The position numbers and the translations under genes are program-made. Below are positions 8,967 through 17,637 of a stretch of DNA of 64,000 bases, piece after piece. Every line of letters starts with the position of its first letter. Position 1 is the first letter of the stretch. The notes under the pieces are model-generated. The model made no database searches. It was not told where the DNA came from and saw only the letters and a program-made list of their open reading frames with translations. The stretch comes from a candidate division WOR-3 bacterium (GTDB lineage: Bacteria > Hydrothermota > Hydrothermia > JBDRYB01): positions 45,331 to 109,330 of the forward strand of contig JBDRYB010000006.1 of assembly GCA_039803205.1 (NCBI GenBank), read 5' to 3'.

Positions 8967-10510
8967 AGAGCAGGCTCGCGACAATAGGGAACTGGCTCGG
9001 GGATAGCCTGGTCGTTCTCTCGGGGTTGTGGATAGTTTCGGTTTTGATTCTCAGGGTATCTCAGGGGCCCACAGGATTCGTTTTCGGGATAAAATTTTCC
9101 TTGATGGACATTCCAGGAACCGTGCTTCTGGCTACTGGGATGGGGTTCTTGGGCCTATCCATCTCAAGGTGGAGAAAGCACATGGGTAGGCTGGCCGCCG
9201 CGATCGGAAGGACTTGGTGGTTTCCCGTTGGTTTCTGGATAGCGCTTTCCCTCTCGTGGTGGCTCGTGACCATGAACAACATCCGGACCATGGCAATATG
9301 GGGATTAGACACGGCTATATTTGAGAACATATTTTACAGGATATCAAGAGGAGACCCATACCTTGAGTTCATGGGCATCCATCACCCTTACTTCATTTTT
9401 TATCCCATGGGGCTCCTCTACAGGTTCACTGGCCTGGCTGGCCCTATCCTCCTCCACAAGGTCTTGATGTTCTCATCGGTTCCTTGTGCCTGGCTCCTGG
9501 CAAGGGAGCTTGGCCATGACGAAGAGGGCACTGGTCTGGTTATACTGCTCATCGCGTTAATGCCAACCCTCTGGTGGATGGGAGGGGACGCGCCTTATCC
9601 GGATGTTTGTTTTCTGTCCTTGGGGATACTCATGGTTTGGGCTGGCCTCAGAGAGAACTATGCCCTTGCTGCGGCATTGGGCTTGGGGATGCTTCTGAAC
9701 AGCGAATCAGGCGGCCTTGTTCTGGCCTGCACGGGAGCCGCCCTGGCTATAATGACCAAAAGATGGGCCTGGCTCTGGCTCGTCCCGGTCGGATTGGCGT
9801 CTGTTCCAATAGCCTTATGGTTTCAGGATAAGGTAGCTCCAGAGAGGGCAGGGGCCAGGCTCTTATATCGTTACGGCATAGATAGCATCACACCTGCATC
9901 CCTTCTTGGAGTTGGATTGAGGGTCTTTTGGCCATCAAGGCTTTACGCCCTCATCAGGCTGTTTCTGCAGGCAGGCCATCTTCCGTTCCTCGGCTTGCCC
10001 ATATCAGCGCTCGCCATTATCCCAGCGGCCCCGCAACTCGCTGTAATAGCCCCAGGAACGAACCAAGCGAAGCTGGGGCTTTATCACGGATTCTATTCCC
10101 TTCCCCTGATCGCCATCGGGGCCATATGGGCGCTCAGGCGGTTCAGGAACCCTGTCCCTCACGGCCTCATTGCCATCAGCGTTTCCCTCCTCAGCGGGAT
10201 GAGGCTCTACAGGTTCTCTCCGCCTGAGGGTTTCGTAAAGAGGTGCGAGGAAGTAGCCTCGCTCGTTCCAAAGGGTGATTCGGTTGCCGCTTCCCCGTAT
10301 ATCTCTCTAAAGCTCTCCAGAAGGCCGTATCTCAGGATAGTCAACAACTCGGACGAGCTAATGGAGGAGCTCGGCCGGACGAGGCCCTGGGTCGCTCTTG
10401 AGGCACGCGGTTTCCGGGACATGAACGAAGCGGATTCCCTTCTTCTTCCCCGTGGCTACGAGAGGGTTTTCGCTGATACCTGCTTTGTCGTATGGAAGCC
10501 GCCAAAATAG
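8963..10510 (+). CDS. Polytopic membrane protein, GT-C/DUF2079-like
   Basis: Many TM segments; D.AIFEN, G.H.P motifs; soluble C-terminal VP.GDSVAAS domain. Confidence 0.55.
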   Translation: MKSRLATIGNWLGDSLVVLSGLWIVSVLILRVSQGPTGFVFGIKFSLMDIPGTVLLATGMGFLGLSISRWRKHMGRLAAAIGRTWWFPVGFWIALSLSWWLVTMNNIRTMAIWGLDTAIFENIFYRISRGDPYLEFMGIHHPYFIFYPMGLLYRFTGLAGPILLHKVLMFSSVPCAWLLARELGHDEEGTGLVILLIALMPTLWWMGGDAPYPDVCFLSLGILMVWAGLRENYALAAALGLGMLLNSESGGLVLACTGAALAIMTKRWAWLWLVPVGLASVPIALWFQDKVAPERAGARLLYRYGIDSITPASLLGVGLRVFWPSRLYALIRLFLQAGHLPFLGLPISALAIIPAAPQLAVIAPGTNQAKLGLYHGFYSLPLIAIGAIWALRRFRNPVPHGLIAISVSLLSGMRLYRFSPPEGFVKRCEEVASLVPKGDSVAASPYISLKLSRRPYLRIVNNSDELMEELGRTRPWVALEARGFRDMNEADSLLLPRGYERVFADTCFVVWKPPK

Positions 10511-10543
10511 GCCGGGCGCGTAAATCAGCGTTATAATTTTCCC

Positions 10544-12643
10544 ATGATAGCGTTCCTCCTCTCGTTAACCTGGACAAGCTACACGAACCGCAACGGCGTT
10601 CTTGACATATGTCCAGCCTCAGACACCCTCTATCTCGCCACAACAGGGGGCCTCGTGGTCTATTGGCCAGGCCACGGTGTCATTGCCGAACACACGAACA
10701 TCCAAGGGCTTCCTGGGGTCGTCTTGTCCGGCGTCGCCCTGGATGGAGAGGCTAGGCCGTGGGTTCTGTGTCTGGGGGAGGGAATAGCGTATTGGGATGG
10801 GACGGAGTTCCAGAGGTATCCCCTTTACTCGCTTCCGATAAGCAATCCGGATAACATACGCTACGCCAACGGTATATGGGCCAGGGGAAGGTGGGTCTAT
10901 GTCGCGACAAACGAGGGGCTTTTGGTCCTGGACACGAAGGGAACCTCGGACACCCTTGACGACGGAAGAAGGCTCCTCTCGTTCTTTGACAAGGATACCG
11001 TATACACCCTTTACTTCTACAAGGACAGCGTCATAGCTGGTGGAAAGGGGGGCGCGTGGACAACTGATACAGCCTCAATCCTGAACGAATCCTCCTGGGA
11101 TCAGATATACCCATATAGGCCGGTCTTCGCTGTCCTCGTGAGCGATACATCCGTATATCTTGGAACGGACAAGGGGCTGAGAAGGCTCAACGATCTTCTC
11201 ATAGGCGAGGCCATTAGGGTAATAAGGATAGCTGAGCACGAGGGGAGGATATATTTCAACACCTACAATAAGGGGGTCTGGAGATACATCCCGAACCCGG
11301 AAATGGACCAGTTTAGCGAGGATACCCTCTGCCCTATAACGGACACGACCAAAAGGATATTCATGTGTCCCAGGGGCCTCTACGCTGGCCCAGCTGGGAT
11401 ATGGGTGGGTTTTGGCTGGCCCTACATAGATGACCTGGCCCCTCAGCTCTTCACCGGGGGATTCGCCAAATACGAGGAGGGAAAGTGGAAGTTCAGGGGC
11501 TTTGGGGATATCGGGTTTGGGGTGGTGGGCGCGATGGCGAGGACGCCGGACGGTGCCATATGGATAGGAACCACGCAACCAGGACAATATCCTGTTTCCT
11601 GCATGCGTTTCAAGGATGGGGTCTGGGACACGCTTTGGGCCATAAGGCACATAACATCATTCAAGGTCACGAGAGGGGGAAGGCTCTTCGCTGGCTCTTG
11701 GGGCCAGGGGGTTTACGAGGTGGACACGGCCGGAAATGTCATCCGGCAGTATGATGAGAGTGAGGGTCTCAGCCCTCCGTATGTCGTTTCTTTGGGGACC
11801 GACCTGGCCGGAAACATCATAGTGGGGGTGATGGGCAATGTCTGCGCTTTCAGGATAAGGGATACGCTCGTGGAAAACTTTCAGGGACTCTATCTGGACA
11901 ATACGCCGAATGTGGTTGAGATGGCTCCGGACGGCTCGCTTTGGATAGGCACATCCTCAGGCATTTACATCTTCTCGGAGTCAGGGGGATCGTGGCATCA
12001 GACAGGCACCATAACCGGCGGCCTCCCTTCCCAGAACATAACATTTCTGGAACGCCACAAGGACAGGATGTATGTGGGGACAGCCGGGGGCCTCGCGATC
12101 TGGAGGGAAGGCTCAATGAAAACCTGCCTGGCTGGCAAAAACATCAACTGCGTGGAGCACGAGGCTAACGGGAGGATGTGGGTCTGGACAGCCGAGGGCC
12201 TTTATAGAACCGACAGCCTTGGCGGCGTGCTGGAGTCATACACGCCCGGCTCAAGCCTCCTGGTTGGTGATGGGGAGGGCCTCGGCGATTATCCCATAGC
12301 CGATGCCATGGTCTTGGCCCCTGAGGCGGACCAGCTCTGGGTTGGCACGGACAAAGGCGTGTCCGTTCTCTGTGGTATAGGGGCCAGCGAAGGCTGGGTT
12401 AAGGGGCTTTACCTGTATCCGAATCCGCTTCACCTGAATCACGGCAAATACAGGTTTTACATCCCGGACGCGCTTCTGGGCTCATCGGTCTGGGTCTATA
12501 CCGTTGATAGCAAGCAGGTAACATCAGCCGTTCTGGGCCCTGAGAGGGCGGTTGACCTCCCGAAGAGCATAGCCCCTGGGCTTTATCTCGTCCTGGTCAA
12601 GAATGGGGATGAGTCCGTTGTCCTGAAGCTGGTTGTGATGTAG
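10544..12643 (+). CDS. PorZ-like double beta-propeller with T9SS-type CTD
   Basis: W.SYTN start, ATTGGL, repeated G.LWIGT..G blades; C-terminal YPNP...PGLY.V...KL. Confidence 0.75.
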   Translation: MIAFLLSLTWTSYTNRNGVLDICPASDTLYLATTGGLVVYWPGHGVIAEHTNIQGLPGVVLSGVALDGEARPWVLCLGEGIAYWDGTEFQRYPLYSLPISNPDNIRYANGIWARGRWVYVATNEGLLVLDTKGTSDTLDDGRRLLSFFDKDTVYTLYFYKDSVIAGGKGGAWTTDTASILNESSWDQIYPYRPVFAVLVSDTSVYLGTDKGLRRLNDLLIGEAIRVIRIAEHEGRIYFNTYNKGVWRYIPNPEMDQFSEDTLCPITDTTKRIFMCPRGLYAGPAGIWVGFGWPYIDDLAPQLFTGGFAKYEEGKWKFRGFGDIGFGVVGAMARTPDGAIWIGTTQPGQYPVSCMRFKDGVWDTLWAIRHITSFKVTRGGRLFAGSWGQGVYEVDTAGNVIRQYDESEGLSPPYVVSLGTDLAGNIIVGVMGNVCAFRIRDTLVENFQGLYLDNTPNVVEMAPDGSLWIGTSSGIYIFSESGGSWHQTGTITGGLPSQNITFLERHKDRMYVGTAGGLAIWREGSMKTCLAGKNINCVEHEANGRMWVWTAEGLYRTDSLGGVLESYTPGSSLLVGDGEGLGDYPIADAMVLAPEADQLWVGTDKGVSVLCGIGASEGWVKGLYLYPNPLHLNHGKYRFYIPDALLGSSVWVYTVDSKQVTSAVLGPERAVDLPKSIAPGLYLVLVKNGDESVVLKLVVM

Positions 12644-12673
12644 GGCCTGGTGTCGGCGTGCTCGCCCCGTGCC

Positions 12674-14347
12674 CTATCCAGGAAGCATGTCCACTCCTCT
12701 GAGGAGAAGGGTTCCTCGCCTTATGGGAGTATCAGCCTCAACCTTGAATACTATATCAACCATATCCCCTGGCCTGAGGGAGACCCAGGCAGGATGGGGG
12801 GTTGAAAAGCTCACCAGCGCCTCAACATCGTTCTGATCCGCGAGGATGCTGAGGATGGAGCCGATCTGTTCAATTGACCTTATCCTAACTCCCCGGGCCA
12901 GAAAAACAGGCGCCCGGTTTCCGAAAGCGAAGGGGGTAAGCTTGTTGTAATCCCTGTAGAATGTTATGCTCATCTCCTCAAATGTCACCGTCGTATCTAT
13001 CTCAACCGATGGCGAAAGGTCAAGGTTTGCCATCTTCCTCTTGGCTATCTCCTCTATTTTTTCCTTGAACTCCTCTATGAACTTGTTTGGGATGGTGAAA
13101 CCAGCGGCCATTGGGTGGCCTCCGAAATCATCAAAAAGATACGCTATCTCCTCAAGGGCTTCCTGAATGTGAAATCCTGGGATGGAACGGGCAGAGCCGC
13201 GAGAGGAGCCGTTCGCGCTCCTGGCTATTAGGGCTATTGGCCTGTTATATTGCTCTGAGAGCCTTGATGCCACTATGCCTATAACGCCCTCATGCCAGCC
13301 AGAGGAATCAGCAACCATGAACATCCTATCCTTCTGGGCCATGAGCATCTCCTTCGCCTCAGCGAGTATCCCGCGCTCTATGGACTGCCTTCTCTGATTC
13401 TCGCCCTCAAGGAACTGAGCGAGCGAGAGCGCTTCCGACCCAGAGGTGGTGATGAGGAGCTCAAATGACTTGTAGGCGCTGGTGAGCCTTCCAGCCGCGT
13501 TCAGCCTCGGAGCGAGCACATAGGATATGTGCCAAGGCTTTATGTCGCCGCTCACCCTTGCTGTGTGAGCGAGTGCCTTGAGGCCAGCCTTCAGTGTGTT
13601 TGAGAGAACCTTTATCCCGTATTCAACCAGGATGCGGTTTTCCCCGATTATGGGCGCGACATCCGCAACGGTTCCCAGGGCAACGAGATCAAGATCCCAT
13701 AGGAGGGGCTTCGGATCAGCGCCCATTATCTCATAGAGGTAAAGCAGTAGCTTGAAAACCACACCAACGCCCGCCAAGTCCCTGAACGGGTAATCCCCAA
13801 GCCTGGGATTCACCAAAGCCAGAGCATCAGGAAGCTCTGATATGGGCTCGTGGTGATCCGTAATTATTAGATCAATTCCGAGATCCCGCGCGAGGCTCGC
13901 CTCTTTCAACGCGGTTATGCCGCAATCAACGGTGATGATCAGGGATGCGCCCTCATCCGAGGCCCTTTGGATCCCCCCCTCGGAAAGCCCGTATCCCTCG
14001 GAAAACCTGTCCGGGATGTATGGGATGACCCTTGTTGCCCCGAGCCGCTTCAGGTTCCTGTAAAGCAAAGCGAGGCCAGTTACCCCATCGGTATCGTAAT
14101 CCCCGTGGATGAGTATGGTTTCATCCCTCCTTATTGCTCTGGCCATGCGCTCTGCGGCCTCAGAAACGCCGGAGAGCTGCTCAGATGGTATTATGTCGTT
14201 GAAGTCCTTCTCCAAAAAAACCCTTATCTCCTCCAATGATGATAGTCTCGTCGCCAGAACCCTCGCTATTGCTCCGTGTATTCCGAACGCCTCAAGTATG
14301 TCTCGCCAATAAAGCTTATCTTCCTTGAATTTCCAACGGAATTTCAC
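12674..14347 (-). CDS. recJ: Single-stranded DNA exonuclease RecJ
   Basis: GDYDTDG, TVDCG, TDHH, GTVADV, PRLNAAGR, GSARS, GGHPMAAG. Start refined to GTG 14347. Confidence 0.96.
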   Translation of the reverse strand: MKFRWKFKEDKLYWRDILEAFGIHGAIARVLATRLSSLEEIRVFLEKDFNDIIPSEQLSGVSEAAERMARAIRRDETILIHGDYDTDGVTGLALLYRNLKRLGATRVIPYIPDRFSEGYGLSEGGIQRASDEGASLIITVDCGITALKEASLARDLGIDLIITDHHEPISELPDALALVNPRLGDYPFRDLAGVGVVFKLLLYLYEIMGADPKPLLWDLDLVALGTVADVAPIIGENRILVEYGIKVLSNTLKAGLKALAHTARVSGDIKPWHISYVLAPRLNAAGRLTSAYKSFELLITTSGSEALSLAQFLEGENQRRQSIERGILAEAKEMLMAQKDRMFMVADSSGWHEGVIGIVASRLSEQYNRPIALIARSANGSSRGSARSIPGFHIQEALEEIAYLFDDFGGHPMAAGFTIPNKFIEEFKEKIEEIAKRKMANLDLSPSVEIDTTVTFEEMSITFYRDYNKLTPFAFGNRAPVFLARGVRIRSIEQIGSILSILADQNDVEALVSFSTPHPAWVSLRPGDMVDIVFKVEADTPIRRGTLLLRGVDMLPG

Positions 14348-14393
14348 CCTTATATTGTAAGGCCTGGCTTTGCGCGTGGACAAACAGCGCGGA

Positions 14394-15479
14394 TCATAAT
14401 CCGTAGAGAAAGGCCAAGGCCAGCACGAGGTCTGAGTCCCTGCCTGTCATGAAATACGGCCCGTTATAGAGCAAGTCCTCGCTCACGGTAGCGTCAAGCC
14501 TCCCCGGGCCAAATGCTATGCCCATGCCAAAACTGCCGACGAATCCGGACGAACCCACGAAGACATACGGGTTATTCGGATCGATCATCCTCTCTTCTCT
14601 GTAGATAAAGAGAAACTTGGACATATTTGAGCGCATTATGAACCAAGGGCCCAGCCTCATCTCAGAACCAAAACCCGCAAGGAGCCTTGCCTCATCAATT
14701 CTCTCCTCGCCGTTCCCGCGCCTCCTGTAGGCGTCAAGCGTTAGGCCTCCTGCCACGAAGGCCATATCCAAAGGATTCCCGTTTACCCCAAAAAACAGGC
14801 TACCGCCGGTCATCAGATCGGGCATCGCGGAATCCCCTATCTTCTTGCCGCTATTGTTCCTGTAGATTTTTGAACCCGCTATTATCTTCAGGCCCCCAGA
14901 GCTCGCGTATCTCAATCCAAAATGGATGTTGGAGAGCTCGGATAAGGGCTGAAGAACGCTGTCCGGGCCCGAGGAATTATCCGAGTAGGAGCTGAGGCTG
15001 ATGTTGGCGAAAGCGCTAATGTGTCCTCGGCCAAGAGGCAGGATGAGCCCTGGGGAGAAGGAATATCTGTTTCCCTCTATGGTGTAGGAGGTATCCCCCT
15101 CCCTGTGAAACGCGTAACCGAGCCTCAGCCCCCAACCGAATCCCTTCCCTGAGCCAACGGCCAGTGTCAAACCGTAGGCATTCCTCTCGTCCGTTATCGT
15201 CGGGAAGGTGTAAACCGGGTTGTTCAGATAGAAACCGAGGGAACCGGGGCCCTTCTCAACCAAGATGCCGCCGTATGCCTTTCCGAAAGCAAGGTCTTGC
15301 TGTGTTTTCATCTCGGTCACCGATAGGTCCGCGAAACGGGTGATATAGGCAGGGTTATCCTGGATAACGAGCGCCTCGTCGTCCAAGATGAACTGATAAA
15401 GGTTTCCCATGCCAGCGACCCTCGTCTCCGTTGCCAGAGCCAACCCAACGAGAACCAAGGGGGTAAGTATGCTTCGCAT
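14394..15479 (-). CDS. Putative outer-membrane beta-barrel protein
   Basis: RBS AAGGAG and signal peptide MRSILTPLVLVGLALA; alternating beta pattern; GPYFMTG near the C-terminus. Confidence 0.6.
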   Translation of the reverse strand: MRSILTPLVLVGLALATETRVAGMGNLYQFILDDEALVIQDNPAYITRFADLSVTEMKTQQDLAFGKAYGGILVEKGPGSLGFYLNNPVYTFPTITDERNAYGLTLAVGSGKGFGWGLRLGYAFHREGDTSYTIEGNRYSFSPGLILPLGRGHISAFANISLSSYSDNSSGPDSVLQPLSELSNIHFGLRYASSGGLKIIAGSKIYRNNSGKKIGDSAMPDLMTGGSLFFGVNGNPLDMAFVAGGLTLDAYRRRGNGEERIDEARLLAGFGSEMRLGPWFIMRSNMSKFLFIYREERMIDPNNPYVFVGSSGFVGSFGMGIAFGPGRLDATVSEDLLYNGPYFMTGRDSDLVLALAFLYGL

Positions 15480-15557
15480 CGCTGTGCTCCTTTTGTTTGC
15501 GGTGGATATTATAACCCGGGCCCGCTCCCGGAAAAAAGCCGTTGGGGAACGCGGCCC

Positions 15558-15586
15558 TTGACAATCCACCCAAAAAATGTTATATA
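15558..15586 (+). promoter_or_regulatory. Sigma70-type promoter
   Basis: TTGACA-N17-TATATA upstream of the Roadblock-like pair. Confidence 0.65.
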
Positions 15587-15606
15587 TAACCAAGAGTGGA
15601 GGTTAT

Positions 15607-15987
15607 ATGAGGATAAGGGAATTTAAAACTGCTGTTGAAAACTTTAGGGTAGGCGTTCCCGGCCTTGTTGGCCTCTTCATATTTGATCGGCATAGGAGCC
15701 TTCTTCTTTACGGAGGAAGCGACGATATCGCATCATCCCTCGGTGAAATTTCCTTCTGCTACGCGAGGCTGGCCCGGAGCCTGGAAAAAGCCAATGCTTG
15801 CCGGAAGGATATGGGCGCCATAAAGAGGATTGACATCGTTGCCAAGAGGATGACCGTCTCCGCGAGCCTGATCTCGGACGAGCACATAGTGATCGGGGAA
15901 TGCGTTGGCCAGAAGGGGCTTGGAGTATTGGTCCATGGGATTCCCTTTCTCGGAAAGATCATGAGGAGGTTCAAAGATGAACGATGA
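15607..15987 (+). CDS. Roadblock/LC7-like (MglB-like) protein
   Basis: About 126 aa; VPGLVGLFIFD, long helix, three strands, terminal GLG helix; RBS GGAGG. Confidence 0.5.
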   Translation: MRIREFKTAVENFRVGVPGLVGLFIFDRHRSLLLYGGSDDIASSLGEISFCYARLARSLEKANACRKDMGAIKRIDIVAKRMTVSASLISDEHIVIGECVGQKGLGVLVHGIPFLGKIMRRFKDER

Positions 15988-16405
15988 TCCCGAACTGACC
16001 ATGAGTAATACGGCCGCGATTCAAAGGCTCCTGACGGATATGGCCAAGGAATCCCCGAGGTGCGTTCTTCTTTGTATTTATAGGGAAGGAAAAGAAACCC
16101 CATCTTCTTACATTACCACCGGTATACTCTCCGATCCGGTTCCATTCTCCTCGTTTATATGCAAGATTCTCAGTGCGGCTGAGGAGGTTATATCCGCGAG
16201 GCTCGGCAAAGCCGAACAAATAAAGCACCTAATGGTGGAAACCGAAAGGTTCACGATGATCTCGAGGAGGCTCTGGAAAAGCTACTATGTCCTCTTGGTG
16301 CTCAGGTCTCCGGTTGAGTGCCTCGGCATGCCCATAGAGTTGCTGGACAGGTGGGAAGGAACCCTGAGGGAGAATCTGGCAAATATAGCTGGAGGTCTAG
16401 ACTAA
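15977..16405 (+). CDS. Second Roadblock/LC7-like protein
   Basis: Same topology: LG...HLMVETE....ISRRL...YYVLLVL....LGM. Confidence 0.5.
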   Translation: MNDDPELTMSNTAAIQRLLTDMAKESPRCVLLCIYREGKETPSSYITTGILSDPVPFSSFICKILSAAEEVISARLGKAEQIKHLMVETERFTMISRRLWKSYYVLLVLRSPVECLGMPIELLDRWEGTLRENLANIAGGLD

Positions 16406-16452
16406 GAGGGGCCGGAGCCCTTCGGGTTAGCTTTATAATTTATGCCTGTGAG

Positions 16453-17637
16453 ATGAGATTCGTTCATGTAGCGGATACCCATATTGGCGCTGGGGGCTCC
16501 AAGGAAAGGGCTGATGATTTCAGATCCGCGTTCCGCGAGATAATAGACAGAACCCTTGAGCTCTCAGCGAGGGCTTTTGTTCATGCGGGAGACCTCTTTG
16601 AAGGCTCCAAGCCATCCGTAAAGGACATAGTATTCGTTGCCAGTGAAATAAAGCGCCTGATCAACGAGGGTATAGAGGTCCTCCTACTGCACGGCAATCA
16701 CGACAGGATAACCATAAAAGGAGAGGTGCCACCCCAGAGCATCCTTGAGCTTTTCGGCGCAAAGGTTTTTGGTTTCACAAGTGAAAGAAGATGCTATACG
16801 GTTGATGGGGTTGAGTTTTGGGGGATCCCATATATGGACCATAGTAATAGGTTCATTGAGTTCCTCTCTGAGATAGGGAGCCAAGCAAAAAGCCCAGCCG
16901 TCTTGGTTCTTCACCAGTTTTTCTGTCCCCCGACTTCCTTTGGTAATCCAATCTTATATGCGGATGACATACCGGAGGTCTTCTCATATGTCGCTCTTGG
17001 CCACTGGCACCTACCTTGGAAAAGGGAAGGTTTTCGCTATGCCTATCCTGGTGCACCAGAACCAACAGAGCTTTCAAGCGATCAGGCAATTGAAAAGAGA
17101 GGCTTTTGGCTCGTTGATATTACCGAACAGGGGGTAAAACTGGAGTTTCAACCCCTCTCGTGCACGAGGCCTTTTTTCTATCTTGAGTCCAATTCCAATA
17201 AAGATAAGCTAAAAGAACATCTTGTGAACCTCAGGGATAAGATCAAATCCTCTGCCAAAAGGCCCATGCTCAAGATCAAGCTGACTGTGGGGCCTGATAC
17301 GAATGCCGATCAGCTTATAGAAGATGCGATATACGAATCGGGGTTAAATCTGGACGACATCATCCTGCTGAGCCCTAATATTGATAGAGCAATACCATCC
17401 CCGTTTGCGGATGAAATCAGCGAGGAATACAAGGCGGAAGACATCATCACGAAGTTTTTTGGAGATGACCCACAACAACTTGAGCTCGTTCTCGCTATGA
17501 GGGACGCCATAAGACAAACCGAGGCTGAGCGGGAATCGTCAGGAACACAGGCAACGAGGGATAGACAAGCCCTCATTGAAGCCGCAAAGGACGCCGCTCA
17601 GAGATTCCTCAAGGAGAAACAAAATGCGCCTTATTAG
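16453..17637 (+). CDS. sbcD: Mre11/SbcD DNA repair nuclease
   Basis: HVADTHIG, AGDLFE, GNHD, ALGHWH, YPG.PE phosphoesterase motifs. Confidence 0.9.
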   Translation: MRFVHVADTHIGAGGSKERADDFRSAFREIIDRTLELSARAFVHAGDLFEGSKPSVKDIVFVASEIKRLINEGIEVLLLHGNHDRITIKGEVPPQSILELFGAKVFGFTSERRCYTVDGVEFWGIPYMDHSNRFIEFLSEIGSQAKSPAVLVLHQFFCPPTSFGNPILYADDIPEVFSYVALGHWHLPWKREGFRYAYPGAPEPTELSSDQAIEKRGFWLVDITEQGVKLEFQPLSCTRPFFYLESNSNKDKLKEHLVNLRDKIKSSAKRPMLKIKLTVGPDTNADQLIEDAIYESGLNLDDIILLSPNIDRAIPSPFADEISEEYKAEDIITKFFGDDPQQLELVLAMRDAIRQTEAERESSGTQATRDRQALIEAAKDAAQRFLKEKQNAPY

